Virus record (IMG/VR): IMGVR_UViG_3300005326_000035
Coordinates: 1-38,225 of that record
DNA: 38,225 bases
Source of the DNA: a virus
Lineage: Duplodnaviria; Caudoviricetes
Reading direction: 5' to 3' (one strand)
Below are positions 24,236 through 34,504 of this stretch, one piece after another. Below the pieces are notes generated by a model. It did no database searches. It was given only the letters and a program-made list of their open reading frames with translations, and was not told the DNA's origin. Each line of letters opens with the position of its first letter. The stretch's first letter is position 1. A program made the translations under genes and the position numbers.

Positions 24236-25582
24236 TTAAATGATTTCTATAAAACTAAATTTATCGTATGGTATTGTAACGTTACTTAAAGATGCGTAAA
24301 AGGACGTATCAAATTGAACATTCGGCTCGATATAAATAGAACCTACAGGAACATCTTCGTTTACCGATGGCGTAACAGCGTTTGTCCGTCTCAAATAAAT
24401 TTCTGCATATCTTCCTACTCCTGTCCCCATTCCCGTAATACGTACATTTGCTCCAATCCCATTTACGCCAGTTCCAATCGCTATGACATTAAGATATTCA
24501 GAACCATCCGTAATAAATCCCGTTGCGGCAGTATCCTCTACCAAAGCAAAAGCAAAGTTTTTATAAAGTCTTGGCATACCCGTTGGCAAACCCTCTGAGT
24601 CCTGTCCTGTGGCTATATCGTATTTAGTAAACTCTCCCGCATAAGTAAATACCCTATTAGGATTAGCGGGGTCAAGCCCTTTATAATACCCGTCTGCTAT
24701 CTCTGTATTCATTAAATCAGAAGTAAATCCTTCAATTCCCAAAGACTGCGAAGAGGTGTTTAAATCGGCTATAAGTGCTTCATCGGGTTGAGTCATAAAT
24801 ATCTCCGTTGAGGTTCCTGTGGTATCGTTTATATTGGTTACTTTCAGAGCCAAGAGGTGCGAAATCTTATCTCCCAAAGCGTGTGAGTAAATGGTTTCGC
24901 TTATCCTTTCGCCTTCTTCATTGGTTGCAAAGGCTCTTAGGTAAATAGTATCGCCTTGACTTGCCCCGAAATCCTGTTGCCGTACTTCGTAAGTTCCAAA
25001 TGTCTTAGGGGCCAAACTGATTAGCTGTGTCAATCCCCGTGTCCAAGCACCTGAATTTATTTTAAAGTCATAGCCTACTCTTGTCGTATTGGCGTAAAAT
25101 GCACTTCGGGCTAAAATCCTTACCGAATACATATTTGCCCACCAAACTTGATTAGCGTGGTCTTGTACTACGTCAGAGACGGGCTTTCTATTTAGCCCCC
25201 CGTCATTCAAAAGTTCAGCGTCTGCGTGAGCCGTTGTTGGTACTCTTACGCCTGAAAATCGCTCTGTCTTGTGATACAATCCATTTCCCGAAGTGCGGGA
25301 ATAACAGAATCCGATAAACCCGTTTTCAGTCGTGCCTTTCGGAACGCAAAGAAAGCCATCTACCTTGAAAATAGATTTTATCTTCGCATTGGCTGCCGAC
25401 CAATCCGCTGCCGTTGGTGGTATGTCTGCGGCGTTAAAGTACCCGTCCCCCCAAGTGTCTCCGCTTTGAGCCGTTGTGTTTTGAAGGAATTTTGCTATGT
25501 ACAAATCAATGTCCACAGGTGTTGTTCCGCCTTTTCTTCTTCTTGTCATATAGTCTTTATAGACTGTGCTTGGTGCTGCCAT
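24236..25582 (-). CDS. Putative tail / receptor-binding protein
   Basis: Follows the large tail protein; beta-rich with an FN3-like IYLRAFATNEEG motif. Confidence 0.6.
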   Translation of the reverse strand: MAAPSTVYKDYMTRRRKGGTTPVDIDLYIAKFLQNTTAQSGDTWGDGYFNAADIPPTAADWSAANAKIKSIFKVDGFLCVPKGTTENGFIGFCYSRTSGNGLYHKTERFSGVRVPTTAHADAELLNDGGLNRKPVSDVVQDHANQVWWANMYSVRILARSAFYANTTRVGYDFKINSGAWTRGLTQLISLAPKTFGTYEVRQQDFGASQGDTIYLRAFATNEEGERISETIYSHALGDKISHLLALKVTNINDTTGTSTEIFMTQPDEALIADLNTSSQSLGIEGFTSDLMNTEIADGYYKGLDPANPNRVFTYAGEFTKYDIATGQDSEGLPTGMPRLYKNFAFALVEDTAATGFITDGSEYLNVIAIGTGVNGIGANVRITGMGTGVGRYAEIYLRRTNAVTPSVNEDVPVGSIYIEPNVQFDTSFYASLSNVTIPYDKFSFIEII

Positions 25583-25595
25583 ATTTTTTATTTAA

Positions 25596-28500
25596 TTATT
25601 CAACAATGTAAAAATAATATTCCCCACTTGTAGGTGAGGTAGGTGCTACTTTTGGAATCCGCAAATTGGTGTTTATGTTTTCGAGCATTGTTAAATTTCC
25701 AACGACTGTACTTGCTCCATTAAAATAGGTCGTTCCATTTACCGAAAATGCTTCTGTTCTATTAGTGTAACCAATCATTACGCTTCCACCTATCGGATTT
25801 AATGCTATTTTTCGAACATCATTGCCTGGTTGTATAGCTTGTATCCAAGCATAGTTTCCATCATTAATTCCAAAGACAAATTTATTGTCCGTATTAGCTC
25901 CCGCTCCTGTTGTTATCTGAAATATACCCTGCTGAGCGTTGTCCGCACTTGCTCCCACTATATGAAAAATTCCAAGTGGAGATGTAGCCCCTATCGCTAC
26001 TTTTGTTCCATCGGTATAAATCGGGCTATCTCCTATTGCGGAAGCACCCATAAATTTTGGTAAATACCCGCTTGTTCCCGTTCCTGTTACGGGATTAGTA
26101 AGAGCAGTTTGAAAATATGAAGTATCGTGCCCGTCTAATAGGTCTGAATCCGCAGCCTTGCCGTTTGCAGCAAGAAAGTCCGTAGTTGCCGCAGCCGCAG
26201 CCGTTCCAAAAGTCCTGCCCTCTAAAACCGTTCCCGCAGTTGTGCCAAAGTTTTTATTAAATGCCGTATTCTTTGAAAATGCTGGTTCCTTTCCGTTAAA
26301 TGTACTCCAATCAGTTGAGGATAACGCCCCGTTTGCAGACGCAGAAGCCAAACCTAACGAAAGAACTTGTGTACTTAAAGAAAGTCCATTTTGATTAGTG
26401 CCCAAAGTTACGGGATTATGTACTGAAATTACGCCCTCCGTGATAGTTACATTTGTGCCAATTTTTACACCCCCTAAAATCGCATCTGTGGCAGTCGGTA
26501 AGGAGTAGTTGTTTGCATTTGCCGCTATTCCCGCTAACTTTGAACTCTCGGTTGCAGTCATTAATTGCAAATTGGTGTCAAACTTGATGTAAAATGTTCC
26601 ACCCTCACCAGTAATCTGTTTTGATGTTCCAAAGGCAGTATTATCCAAACTAACTTGTATTCCCGACGTTCCTGCCGTGTTAAGGGTTATTGCAGTTACA
26701 CTACCTGCACCGCTTGGCACTTCTCCTACAAACCCGCTTTCTGTTGTGTAAATGCCTACCTCGCCACTTGCAAGAGTTGCAGAAGTCGGAAGTACCAAAG
26801 TAGAAAAAGAACCTTTTAGCCCTACTACGCTACCCGAAAACTCAGCACTCTTATCTCCCCTTAAAATCAAAACATCAACAGGCGGGTTATTCGCAGTTGT
26901 TCCTTCGTAAATGCGAAATTTCATTTGATTAGAAGCTGCTGCCCCTGCCGTAACTGTCGCATCTATTCCTATCCACCTATTTATGTTTGCCCCGCCACCC
27001 TCTAAGTCTGATATTGTTCCGTATTTTATGATATTATCAAAAGTGCCATCAAAACCCGTTGCGGTTCTCTTTTCGATATTTGCCCTAACCCCAAATAATC
27101 CTGTTAAAGTTCCCCCGCCCAAAGCCAATGCCCCCACATCTGCCGCAGTTGTTCCGTGAGGATTGCCCGTAATTATTTGGCTATGGTCGTAGGCCGTCTT
27201 CCCTCTGTCGCCCCTGTAAGCCGTTGCGGAAGTTTCGCCAAGTGCTATCCCTGCATACATTTGCACATAAACAGAGCCACCCCAACGCCAAGTTTTATTA
27301 TCGTCTTTGGTTACATAAATCTTACCTGCTTCGCCCGTTACTGGCAAGGCTGCAAAATTATCTACCTCTATTATGTCGTCAATATAAGAGGGAAGCTGCG
27401 TATTTTTAACAAACCCGTTTTCGTCTAACTCGGCAAGTCCATTTGCAGAGCCTTTTAGACTAGCATCTAATTTACTTGCAAATTGTGTAGTAGTAGGCAA
27501 GAAGTACCCCGAAGCAAAAGTAACCCCGAAAGTACCCGATTCTGTGATAGGTGAACCACTAACGGAAAATCCCGTTGGCATAGAAAGTCCAATCGAAGTA
27601 ACCGAACCTGCACCGCCCGGAGTTTCACCCGAAAAGCCCGATTCTAAGGCGTACAATCCAATTTCTCCGCTTGAAAGAGTCGAAGGTACCTGCGGAATTA
27701 AAAGCGTTGTAGCAGTTAATTTTGATGTAGAAAAAGGCTTTAATATATCCCCTGCAACAAGTGCGTATTTCGCATCACTCTCACTCTTTGTATAAGCATC
27801 TATTAACAAATCGAGTAAAGCAACTTTCCGAGCGGACGCCAGCCCTACTTTGTCTATAACCACATATGCACCTCCTTGTTCGGCTTCTGTTGCGGTGTCT
27901 AAAGAGTAAATTCTCGTTGCATTTCCCGCTGCCGACCACTGTAAGAATGTTCTATCGCCACTTCCTAAAGAAGTACCACCGCCGCCGTCAATCGCTGCCT
28001 CGACAAAAGTAAAATCTTCGGTTTCGTAAGCCTCAACTTCTACCAATTCTACCTGCATAACCTCGTTTGCGAAGTCCAAAGAGCCAAAGTTAAGCGCATA
28101 AAGTTTGCCATTTGCCGTAAATGTTTTTCCAAAGGAAGGAAGGGCCGCGTAATTTGTGGAGTTAATTATTTGCCCGGAAAGTTTTTCCCTTTGGACCTTG
28201 TAAATATTTACTATTTCTCTGCCAATTAACTCGCTTAGGTGATATTCAGTTCCGGCAGTCCTAAAAAAGTTACCCAAAGCCTTATAGTAATTTGCTCCGT
28301 TTGAGTAAATTCCGCCTTGCATTGTTGCGCTATCGCCAACCCCGGAAGGAACTTGACCTAAGTTTAGATTAACATCTAAAGAAACATTGTGATTTGCACT
28401 AATTATCGCCTGACTATCCAAACCCCCAATTTCGGCAGCCGGGTACTTAATTGTAATGTCTTTTATTAAAATCGGATAGGTAAGAGGGATGTTGTTTTTT

Positions 28501-30005
28501 ATGTCCTGAGGCACAACTGATGGATATTCCTGCACAAATTGCCCTACTATTTCGTAAGGATAAAACGCTATCTGTAAAACACCATCTTCCGGGATAGTTT
28601 GAATATTAAAAGTAATTTCTTCGTCTCTTGCGTTATAGTCTTTGAATATAGGCACTCCCCCATCGCTTCCACCCGAAGGCAAAAGAAAGGTTAAGTAGGT
28701 GCCAACAGAGGGAGTTGTATCGGTGAACTCTTCCCATTGTTCCCGCATTACATAAGTCTTTGTTGCACTAACTAAGAAGATATTATACCTTAATTTAATT
28801 CGGTAGTGCGCACCTGACCAGTAAATAGAAGTGCGCTCATCTGCCAAAAACATAAAAAACAAATCTTTCCAAATGGCTTTTCCTTCAACAACCGAAGGAT
28901 ATTTGACCAAATTAGAAACTTTCATTCTTATTTCTACATTACTCTCTGTAACGGGCATTATCTGTGAGTAAGAAATTGGCTGCCGATAAGTGGTGAGCGT
29001 GTATAAATCTCCGGTAATCATAATTGTGCTCGGCAGTTCGTTCCATTCATTAGGATTAATCATTCCCTGCGTGCCTGCCAAACCGCCCCAAACTGTCTGC
29101 CCTAACGACGGATCATAATAATTAATATTATATGTTTCCGGTTGTAAAATGTATTGATTGGTAGGCTGAACAACTGCCCGGACTGCCCTTAAATCGTAAT
29201 CCTCAGCGTTCATCACTCCATCATAGGAGTTGTCTATACTTCCGTAATTTTGACTTATTTTAATGTCTTTAACCGCAGGAATTATCTCTTTATTTCCGGA
29301 TTTATTTATAAATTGAAAAGATTGTGTCGCTAAAGTAGTGCCTAAGCTCGCAATATCCCCAATGTCGTAAACCGCATATTTTGCGCCTCCAATAAATCGC
29401 ATCTGTAAACCGCAATCGTGCAAAATTTCCTCTACTGCATCCGCCCAAGTGCCTCCGATGTATTTATCTGCCCTGATATATCCATCTAAAATATTTGTTG
29501 CTCCTGATGTCTTCGATTGTCTGTATTCAAGCGTATTTCCAAAAGAAATTAAGGTCATTGCTTCGTTTAAAAGGGTGCGCATTGTTGCTCTTGCCCCGGC
29601 TCTTTCGTAGCGGAAAGAAGCCAACATACCGAGATTATCCCTTGCCGTCAAAATGATGTCGCTCTTGTAACTTAATGCCTGAGAAAAACTGTCGGGAGTT
29701 AAAAACCCATACCAATAATCAGCCCCGGCAACCTTAATTACCACCTTGTACTTTGTTGCATCAGGAGTGAAAAGCGTATCGTAGTCAATCTGCCCGGTGT
29801 CTTTTATTACTATTGTAGCATTAGTCTTAATCAAAGGAGTCTCTACTTTGCCCCCTGAATTATCCAATGAAATAGTAAAAGGCGGCACTCCCATAGCCTC
29901 AATTTCCGCACTCGCCCCCACATAATCCTTCTCCCAAATCTCTAAGCGCATAGTTCTGCCGCCTACACTAATCGTTTCTTTATATAGATATAATCCGTAA
30001 CTCAT
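25596..30005 (-). CDS. Large tail protein (distal tail/hub plus fibre)
   Basis: 1469 aa directly after the tape measure; C-terminal half has Gly/Thr/Ala-rich fibre modules (ANGLAELD..QLP, AYRGDRGKTAYDHSQ, NPH.T, ADSDLLDG). Confidence 0.8.
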   Translation of the reverse strand: MSYGLYLYKETISVGGRTMRLEIWEKDYVGASAEIEAMGVPPFTISLDNSGGKVETPLIKTNATIVIKDTGQIDYDTLFTPDATKYKVVIKVAGADYWYGFLTPDSFSQALSYKSDIILTARDNLGMLASFRYERAGARATMRTLLNEAMTLISFGNTLEYRQSKTSGATNILDGYIRADKYIGGTWADAVEEILHDCGLQMRFIGGAKYAVYDIGDIASLGTTLATQSFQFINKSGNKEIIPAVKDIKISQNYGSIDNSYDGVMNAEDYDLRAVRAVVQPTNQYILQPETYNINYYDPSLGQTVWGGLAGTQGMINPNEWNELPSTIMITGDLYTLTTYRQPISYSQIMPVTESNVEIRMKVSNLVKYPSVVEGKAIWKDLFFMFLADERTSIYWSGAHYRIKLRYNIFLVSATKTYVMREQWEEFTDTTPSVGTYLTFLLPSGGSDGGVPIFKDYNARDEEITFNIQTIPEDGVLQIAFYPYEIVGQFVQEYPSVVPQDIKNNIPLTYPILIKDITIKYPAAEIGGLDSQAIISANHNVSLDVNLNLGQVPSGVGDSATMQGGIYSNGANYYKALGNFFRTAGTEYHLSELIGREIVNIYKVQREKLSGQIINSTNYAALPSFGKTFTANGKLYALNFGSLDFANEVMQVELVEVEAYETEDFTFVEAAIDGGGGTSLGSGDRTFLQWSAAGNATRIYSLDTATEAEQGGAYVVIDKVGLASARKVALLDLLIDAYTKSESDAKYALVAGDILKPFSTSKLTATTLLIPQVPSTLSSGEIGLYALESGFSGETPGGAGSVTSIGLSMPTGFSVSGSPITESGTFGVTFASGYFLPTTTQFASKLDASLKGSANGLAELDENGFVKNTQLPSYIDDIIEVDNFAALPVTGEAGKIYVTKDDNKTWRWGGSVYVQMYAGIALGETSATAYRGDRGKTAYDHSQIITGNPHGTTAADVGALALGGGTLTGLFGVRANIEKRTATGFDGTFDNIIKYGTISDLEGGGANINRWIGIDATVTAGAAASNQMKFRIYEGTTANNPPVDVLILRGDKSAEFSGSVVGLKGSFSTLVLPTSATLASGEVGIYTTESGFVGEVPSGAGSVTAITLNTAGTSGIQVSLDNTAFGTSKQITGEGGTFYIKFDTNLQLMTATESSKLAGIAANANNYSLPTATDAILGGVKIGTNVTITEGVISVHNPVTLGTNQNGLSLSTQVLSLGLASASANGALSSTDWSTFNGKEPAFSKNTAFNKNFGTTAGTVLEGRTFGTAAAAATTDFLAANGKAADSDLLDGHDTSYFQTALTNPVTGTGTSGYLPKFMGASAIGDSPIYTDGTKVAIGATSPLGIFHIVGASADNAQQGIFQITTGAGANTDNKFVFGINDGNYAWIQAIQPGNDVRKIALNPIGGSVMIGYTNRTEAFSVNGTTYFNGASTVVGNLTMLENINTNLRIPKVAPTSPTSGEYYFYIVE

Positions 30006-31975
30006 CGTGCTTTATTTTGTTGGTATTTTTGACTTGATAAATAAATATCTTGACCTTTTAAAACTCCAAATATCTCTACCGGGCCGCTATTGACGGCTGC
30101 TATTGTAGGCGTCGCACCTCCATTGTAAGAATAAGGGTCTGATTTTTGGTTTCCTCCAAATCCTGAACCTATTGAACCAATCGCTGCCGAAGCCGCAGTA
30201 CCCAAAGCAATCAATGCCGCACCTGCTGCTATCGCCCCCCACGGGCCACCTGCCGAGCCTATCGCCTTAGCCGCTAATGCAGCCGCACCCGTTGCCACCA
30301 TTACCTCCCCGATTTGGGTAGCCATATCCGCAAATGGCATCAAAATAGCCTTTGTCATATCCGAAGCGTCAATCTTTTCGCCCGAAGCGATTGCGTCCAT
30401 TATAACCCTCATAGAATCGGAAATAGAACTCGCCACTGTACGCCCGAAATTGGCTGCTATATCTGCACTTCTTAAAACTTCCGCATCAAATTCATCATTG
30501 TACGCCTTTAATCCGGTAGGGTCATTAGTCTTTGGAGCTGCCGTCTGTATTCCCGGTTGAGTTAATGGTTGAATGGTTGGCTGCCCTTTTGCGTCTACCT
30601 TTGAACTATCAACGGGTCTAATTGGAAGCTGGTCATTCTCTGCCCTGATAGCCTCTATCATCGAAAGATAATCGGCAGCCGCCTGAGTTGTGGTTTTCCA
30701 CCTCTCAACCAAAGTTTCCAAACCTTTCTTTTCCTCTACAAGTGCCTGTAAAGTAGTTTGGTCTGTTGTTGCAAGTATCTTTTTTTCTATCTCGGAAATT
30801 AAATATTGATACCTTTTTATTGTGCCGTCAATACCCATTTGCTCGGCCTTAGCTGCCTCCTCCGTTGCTGCCGCTGCTTTGGCCGCCTCTGCCGCTTCTG
30901 CCTTGTCAAGTTCGGTTTGTTGCTCTGTGGCAGCCGCCTTCGCTTTATAGTTTTCCAAAGCCGCAACAAAACTCGCTTCCTCTGACGAATATCTGCGAAG
31001 TCCTAAATCAAATAGTGCCTTATCAGCATCTGCAACACTATTTATCCCCTTCATTTTCTCGGCAGTCAATTTAGCATCGTCCTCAATCGCTTTTTTCTTT
31101 CTCTCTGCCTCTGCGTTGGCCGCCTTAACTGCGTTGTCATTCGCCCAACTAAAAAATGTAGCATATATCTTTGTGGCCGTCCATACTTCGTCCGAAGCCC
31201 AAAGATTTTTCATACTTGTCAAATAGGAGTTTAAAGACTTTGCAAAACCCTTTGTTTTTTCGGTTGCAGAGCCTATATTTTCCATTATATCACCTATGGT
31301 ATTACCTAATTGAACCCAAGCCCCTGCCGCCGTATCTGCGGCTGCTTTTGCTGCTCCTCCAAACTTACCTTCTAAGGCTGCTAATATTGATAGTTGCGCT
31401 TCGTGCGTCTTGCCTTCTGCAACTAACTTTTTAATATCTTCAATTTGAGCCAAAGAAAATGCACGGGTTGAGCGATTAAGCAACTGAATCCCTTCTGCCG
31501 GTCTTTCCAATGCTTTTGCTAATTGGTACACATTGCTCTGTAAATCGCCTCCAATAACCGTACTCATATCCATTGCAGCAGTAACTACACCTTTGAAAAC
31601 ATCGCCGTTAATGCCCTTAAAAGAGGCTAAAACTGCCATAGCCGCAATAGTTGCATCATCTTCAAATTTGGTTACTTTTTGTAAGTCTGCTGCAAAGTTC
31701 TGCATCTGTTCCGATGTCAGCCCCGCAGCCCCGCCCGTAGATTTTAAGACGGATTCTAATTTGGATAATGCTAAGGCACTTTCATTATAAGCCGCTACAC
31801 TCGCTTTTGCAAAATTAATTACGGCCGTAACAGAAAAAGCAGCCGCCATCATACCCCCTATTTTCTTTAGAGAGTTCTGAAATCCACTCGCTGACTTCTC
31901 GCTGTCCTTAAATCCTTTGTCGAGTTCTGAGTTATCCAAACCCAATTTAACCCAAATTTTCCCTAATAAACCCAT
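30002..31975 (-). CDS. Tail tape measure protein
   Basis: VKLGLDNSEL N-terminus; Ala/Gly-rich helical sequence; follows the chaperones. Confidence 0.88.
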   Translation of the reverse strand: MGLLGKIWVKLGLDNSELDKGFKDSEKSASGFQNSLKKIGGMMAAAFSVTAVINFAKASVAAYNESALALSKLESVLKSTGGAAGLTSEQMQNFAADLQKVTKFEDDATIAAMAVLASFKGINGDVFKGVVTAAMDMSTVIGGDLQSNVYQLAKALERPAEGIQLLNRSTRAFSLAQIEDIKKLVAEGKTHEAQLSILAALEGKFGGAAKAAADTAAGAWVQLGNTIGDIMENIGSATEKTKGFAKSLNSYLTSMKNLWASDEVWTATKIYATFFSWANDNAVKAANAEAERKKKAIEDDAKLTAEKMKGINSVADADKALFDLGLRRYSSEEASFVAALENYKAKAAATEQQTELDKAEAAEAAKAAAATEEAAKAEQMGIDGTIKRYQYLISEIEKKILATTDQTTLQALVEEKKGLETLVERWKTTTQAAADYLSMIEAIRAENDQLPIRPVDSSKVDAKGQPTIQPLTQPGIQTAAPKTNDPTGLKAYNDEFDAEVLRSADIAANFGRTVASSISDSMRVIMDAIASGEKIDASDMTKAILMPFADMATQIGEVMVATGAAALAAKAIGSAGGPWGAIAAGAALIALGTAASAAIGSIGSGFGGNQKSDPYSYNGGATPTIAAVNSGPVEIFGVLKGQDIYLSSQKYQQNKAR

Positions 31976-31979
31976 CGCC

Positions 31980-32291
31980 TCACTGTATTAACCCAATGTT
32001 TATTAATGCCTGTATGTCTTCATCGCTCACCTCAACCCTTACGAATTCTCTTTCGTCGGAAGGTAACTTCATCAAATCCTGCGGTCTTTTTACTTTGCTT
32101 CCCGCTACCCTTGCCGCTACAAATGTCTGCCACCTGGTCCGTTCCCAGTCTTCTGTTTTCTTTTTTTCGTATGCCTTTAATCTTAAAAGGTATTCCTTAA
32201 AAGTTACTTCGGCCGCTTGTCTTTCTGTAAGCCCTTGCCCAACCAAAAACGCTTGAATCGGCTCGTAATCCCCGATAAGACTGACTTTTTT
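31980..32291 (-). CDS. Tail assembly chaperone extension (gpGT-like, -1 frameshift product)
   Basis: The -1 frame is open from slippery A AAA AAG (32285-32291) to 31980. Confidence 0.75.
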   Translation of the reverse strand, partial: KKVSLIGDYEPIQAFLVGQGLTERQAAEVTFKEYLLRLKAYEKKKTEDWERTRWQTFVAARVAGSKVKRPQDLMKLPSDEREFVRVEVSDEDIQALINIGLIQ

Positions 32292-32656
32292 TTTATTTCT
32301 TCTTCTTTTTGTACCTTTTTTGCTGCCTGTTCAATAGTTTCCCCTTGTAAGCAGTAGAACCCGTCTAAAATCATTTGGGTACATTCTTTCGGGTGTAAAG
32401 TAGCCCATATCTCAATATCTACTAAAGTCAAATCAAACTCCTTAATTTCGGGGTGGTCAAACTTCTGTATCTGATAGTAATTTACTGCCGCAGCATAAAT
32501 CAGTTTGCAATAAGCGGCCCTAATCTGTAAGATGTCCGAATTTGAATCTACCTCGATGGTCCAGTTTCTTTCTTTGCAGATAGTATAAAGAGAGGGCGTA
32601 AATAAAACCGCCCTCCTTTCTCCCGCTACCTCAATGTACATTAAAGGGTTTACCAT
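32204..32656 (-). CDS. Tail assembly chaperone (gpG-like)
   Basis: Between tail tube and tape measure; IKKK encoded by an A9G run. Confidence 0.78.
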   Translation of the reverse strand: MVNPLMYIEVAGERRAVLFTPSLYTICKERNWTIEVDSNSDILQIRAAYCKLIYAAAVNYYQIQKFDHPEIKEFDLTLVDIEIWATLHPKECTQMILDGFYCLQGETIEQAAKKVQKEEEIKKKSVLSGITSRFKRFWLGKGLQKDKRPK

Positions 32657-32657
32657 A

Positions 32658-33080
32658 TTACGCTCCTGTTGTGGTTGTGGTTGTTCTTCCTAATACGCCT
32701 GAACCTTTGAAAGTAATATCCTTAGTTACTACGGCGTCTTTGTCCGAGTTTTCGTCTACATTGGTTACATAAGCAGTACCGACTTTTCCAAGAGCCACGC
32801 CTCCGATGATAGTTCCGTAGAATACATTTACAATAGTTCCTGCTACCAAAGCGTCCCAAAGAAGCTCTTGCTGACCATTGGCTGTATCGTTGCTTACAAA
32901 AGAAGCCGAACAACTCCAATTCTTATTACCCATTATGATTTCGTCCCAAGCAGAATCTTTGCTCGAAATATCAATCTCAACCCCGTTTGTGGTCATTGAA
33001 CTTGAAAGTTCGCCACCTATTGCAGTATGGGCTCCTGCCACACTTACATACAATTTTTTGTTGTTTCCTGATGTTGCCAT
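32658..33080 (-). CDS. Major tail tube protein with C-terminal poly-Thr
   Basis: IDISSKDS.W, KNWS.S, ITFKGSG (TP901-1-like tube pattern); ends RTTTTTTGA. Confidence 0.85.
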   Translation of the reverse strand: MATSGNNKKLYVSVAGAHTAIGGELSSSMTTNGVEIDISSKDSAWDEIIMGNKNWSCSASFVSNDTANGQQELLWDALVAGTIVNVFYGTIIGGVALGKVGTAYVTNVDENSDKDAVVTKDITFKGSGVLGRTTTTTTGA

Positions 33081-33225
33081 AATTATATTTGTGTTAATTA
33101 TTTACTTTACTTTCTTGTTTATTTTTAAAAGGGAAGACGGGCGGCGATAACAACTCGCTGATTGTGGTTTAATGAGTTTTCACACTTCCTCTTGTCATTT
33201 AAGTATCTTCCCTTATCGTAATATT

Positions 33226-33603
33226 TTAAATTTGTGTTAATTTTAATCTTACTCTTTGAGACTGCCTCCAAATGTGAAAGTCAGTCTCTGATATTTCTTC
33301 AAACCCTGAGCATATTTCCCATATCCAAATATCAATTTTAAAGTGTGATATTGTGAAGGTTTCTGAAAAATAACCCTTGATATTTTCTATCATATCTAAG
33401 GAAGGCCCCGGACTTGTCGAATTAGTTATTGCTTCCATTATGAAGGTGCAATCCCACATTGTTTGACCCTTTTCCCCTGAAGGAGTGGTATCAAATGAAT
33501 AAACCTCAAAACGAGGGTAAACAGTTCCTACAAGTGAGTAGCCTAATTGCACCAACTTTGCATTAACTGCTTGTAAAACATATTTTGAAGGTTCGTAAAT
33601 CAT
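33226..33603 (-). CDS. Putative tail terminator protein
   Basis: Size and synteny between the gp10-like gene and the tube. Confidence 0.6.
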   Translation of the reverse strand: MIYEPSKYVLQAVNAKLVQLGYSLVGTVYPRFEVYSFDTTPSGEKGQTMWDCTFIMEAITNSTSPGPSLDMIENIKGYFSETFTISHFKIDIWIWEICSGFEEISETDFHIWRQSQRVRLKLTQI

Positions 33604-34133
33604 ATTACTTTCTTTATTGCGTCCCCAATTACTTTCATCATATCGGCCTCATTTTTCCTAAATGCAGGGAATAAAAACGGCCTTGCTTTTGTTCCCTTTT
33701 TTGCTATACTCTTGGCTATTGCCCAAGCCAAAGATGTTGCTGCTTTGTAAAAATCTGCTCCTCTCTTTCGTCTTCCTCCTGCTGCCGTTGTGGTGTCGGA
33801 TAAACCTTTTTTCTTTATCCATTCCAAAATTGGTTTAATCGGTGGCATTCCCCCTGCCTTTCTGCCGAACTCCACCCAATAAGCGTGATTTGCTTCGGCT
33901 GCCACATCAATAGAAAGGTCTTTTTGTGGTCTTATAAATATGGAGTTAATCAATTGGCCTGTCGAAATACTCTTAGCTTCTTTTAGCCCCTTTTGTGCGT
34001 CTGCTTTGACCTCCATCGCAACTTTGTTCAGTCCCTCTTGTGCCATTTGGTTTATCTCTTTCGCCTTGCCCTTAAACATCTTGTTCATTCGGGTAAGTTC
34101 CGAGTTTGGGAGTTCTAAATGAGTGCCTTTCAT
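33600..34133 (-). CDS. HK97 gp10-like morphogenesis protein
   Basis: TGQLINSI, AYWVEFG, GTKARPFLFPA. Confidence 0.88.
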   Translation of the reverse strand: MKGTHLELPNSELTRMNKMFKGKAKEINQMAQEGLNKVAMEVKADAQKGLKEAKSISTGQLINSIFIRPQKDLSIDVAAEANHAYWVEFGRKAGGMPPIKPILEWIKKKGLSDTTTAAGGRRKRGADFYKAATSLAWAIAKSIAKKGTKARPFLFPAFRKNEADMMKVIGDAIKKVI

Positions 34134-34504
34134 TATCCCGCAGTAGTTGTTGTTGTAGTAGTCAAAACCTTAAATGAGCCTTCAATAACTAAGAATTTCC
34201 CCCTGTCTCTTTCGTCATAACCCTTAACTTCGTCGCTCGGAAGCACGGAACGGGGTAAAATCTCATAGCCTAACCAAATGATTTTAGCTATTTCGGTAGT
34301 GCCTGGGGTTCGTATTTCCACTTGAACCGGATTAGTAACGCCAACCTCTTGATAATACATAGCCCGCGAACCCGTGAGAACCTTAACAGCAGCCGGAACC
34401 ACTCCCAAAGAGACAAAGGAAGTAACAGGCATAGAGTATGAGTCTAATACCTGCACCGCCTTAAATAGCTCTACTGTGTGTTTATAGTCTCTCCCTCGTA
34501 TCAT
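34133..34504 (-). CDS. Head closure / head-tail adaptor with C-terminal poly-Thr
   Basis: Synteny and gp16-like N-terminus; ends LTTTTTTTAG. Confidence 0.7.
   Translation of the reverse strand: MIRGRDYKHTVELFKAVQVLDSYSMPVTSFVSLGVVPAAVKVLTGSRAMYYQEVGVTNPVQVEIRTPGTTEIAKIIWLGYEILPRSVLPSDEVKGYDERDRGKFLVIEGSFKVLTTTTTTTAG

Noticed and set aside
24236-30005. Diversity-generating retroelement or invertible tail cassette
   Set aside because: No reverse transcriptase, template/variable repeat pair or invertase was seen.
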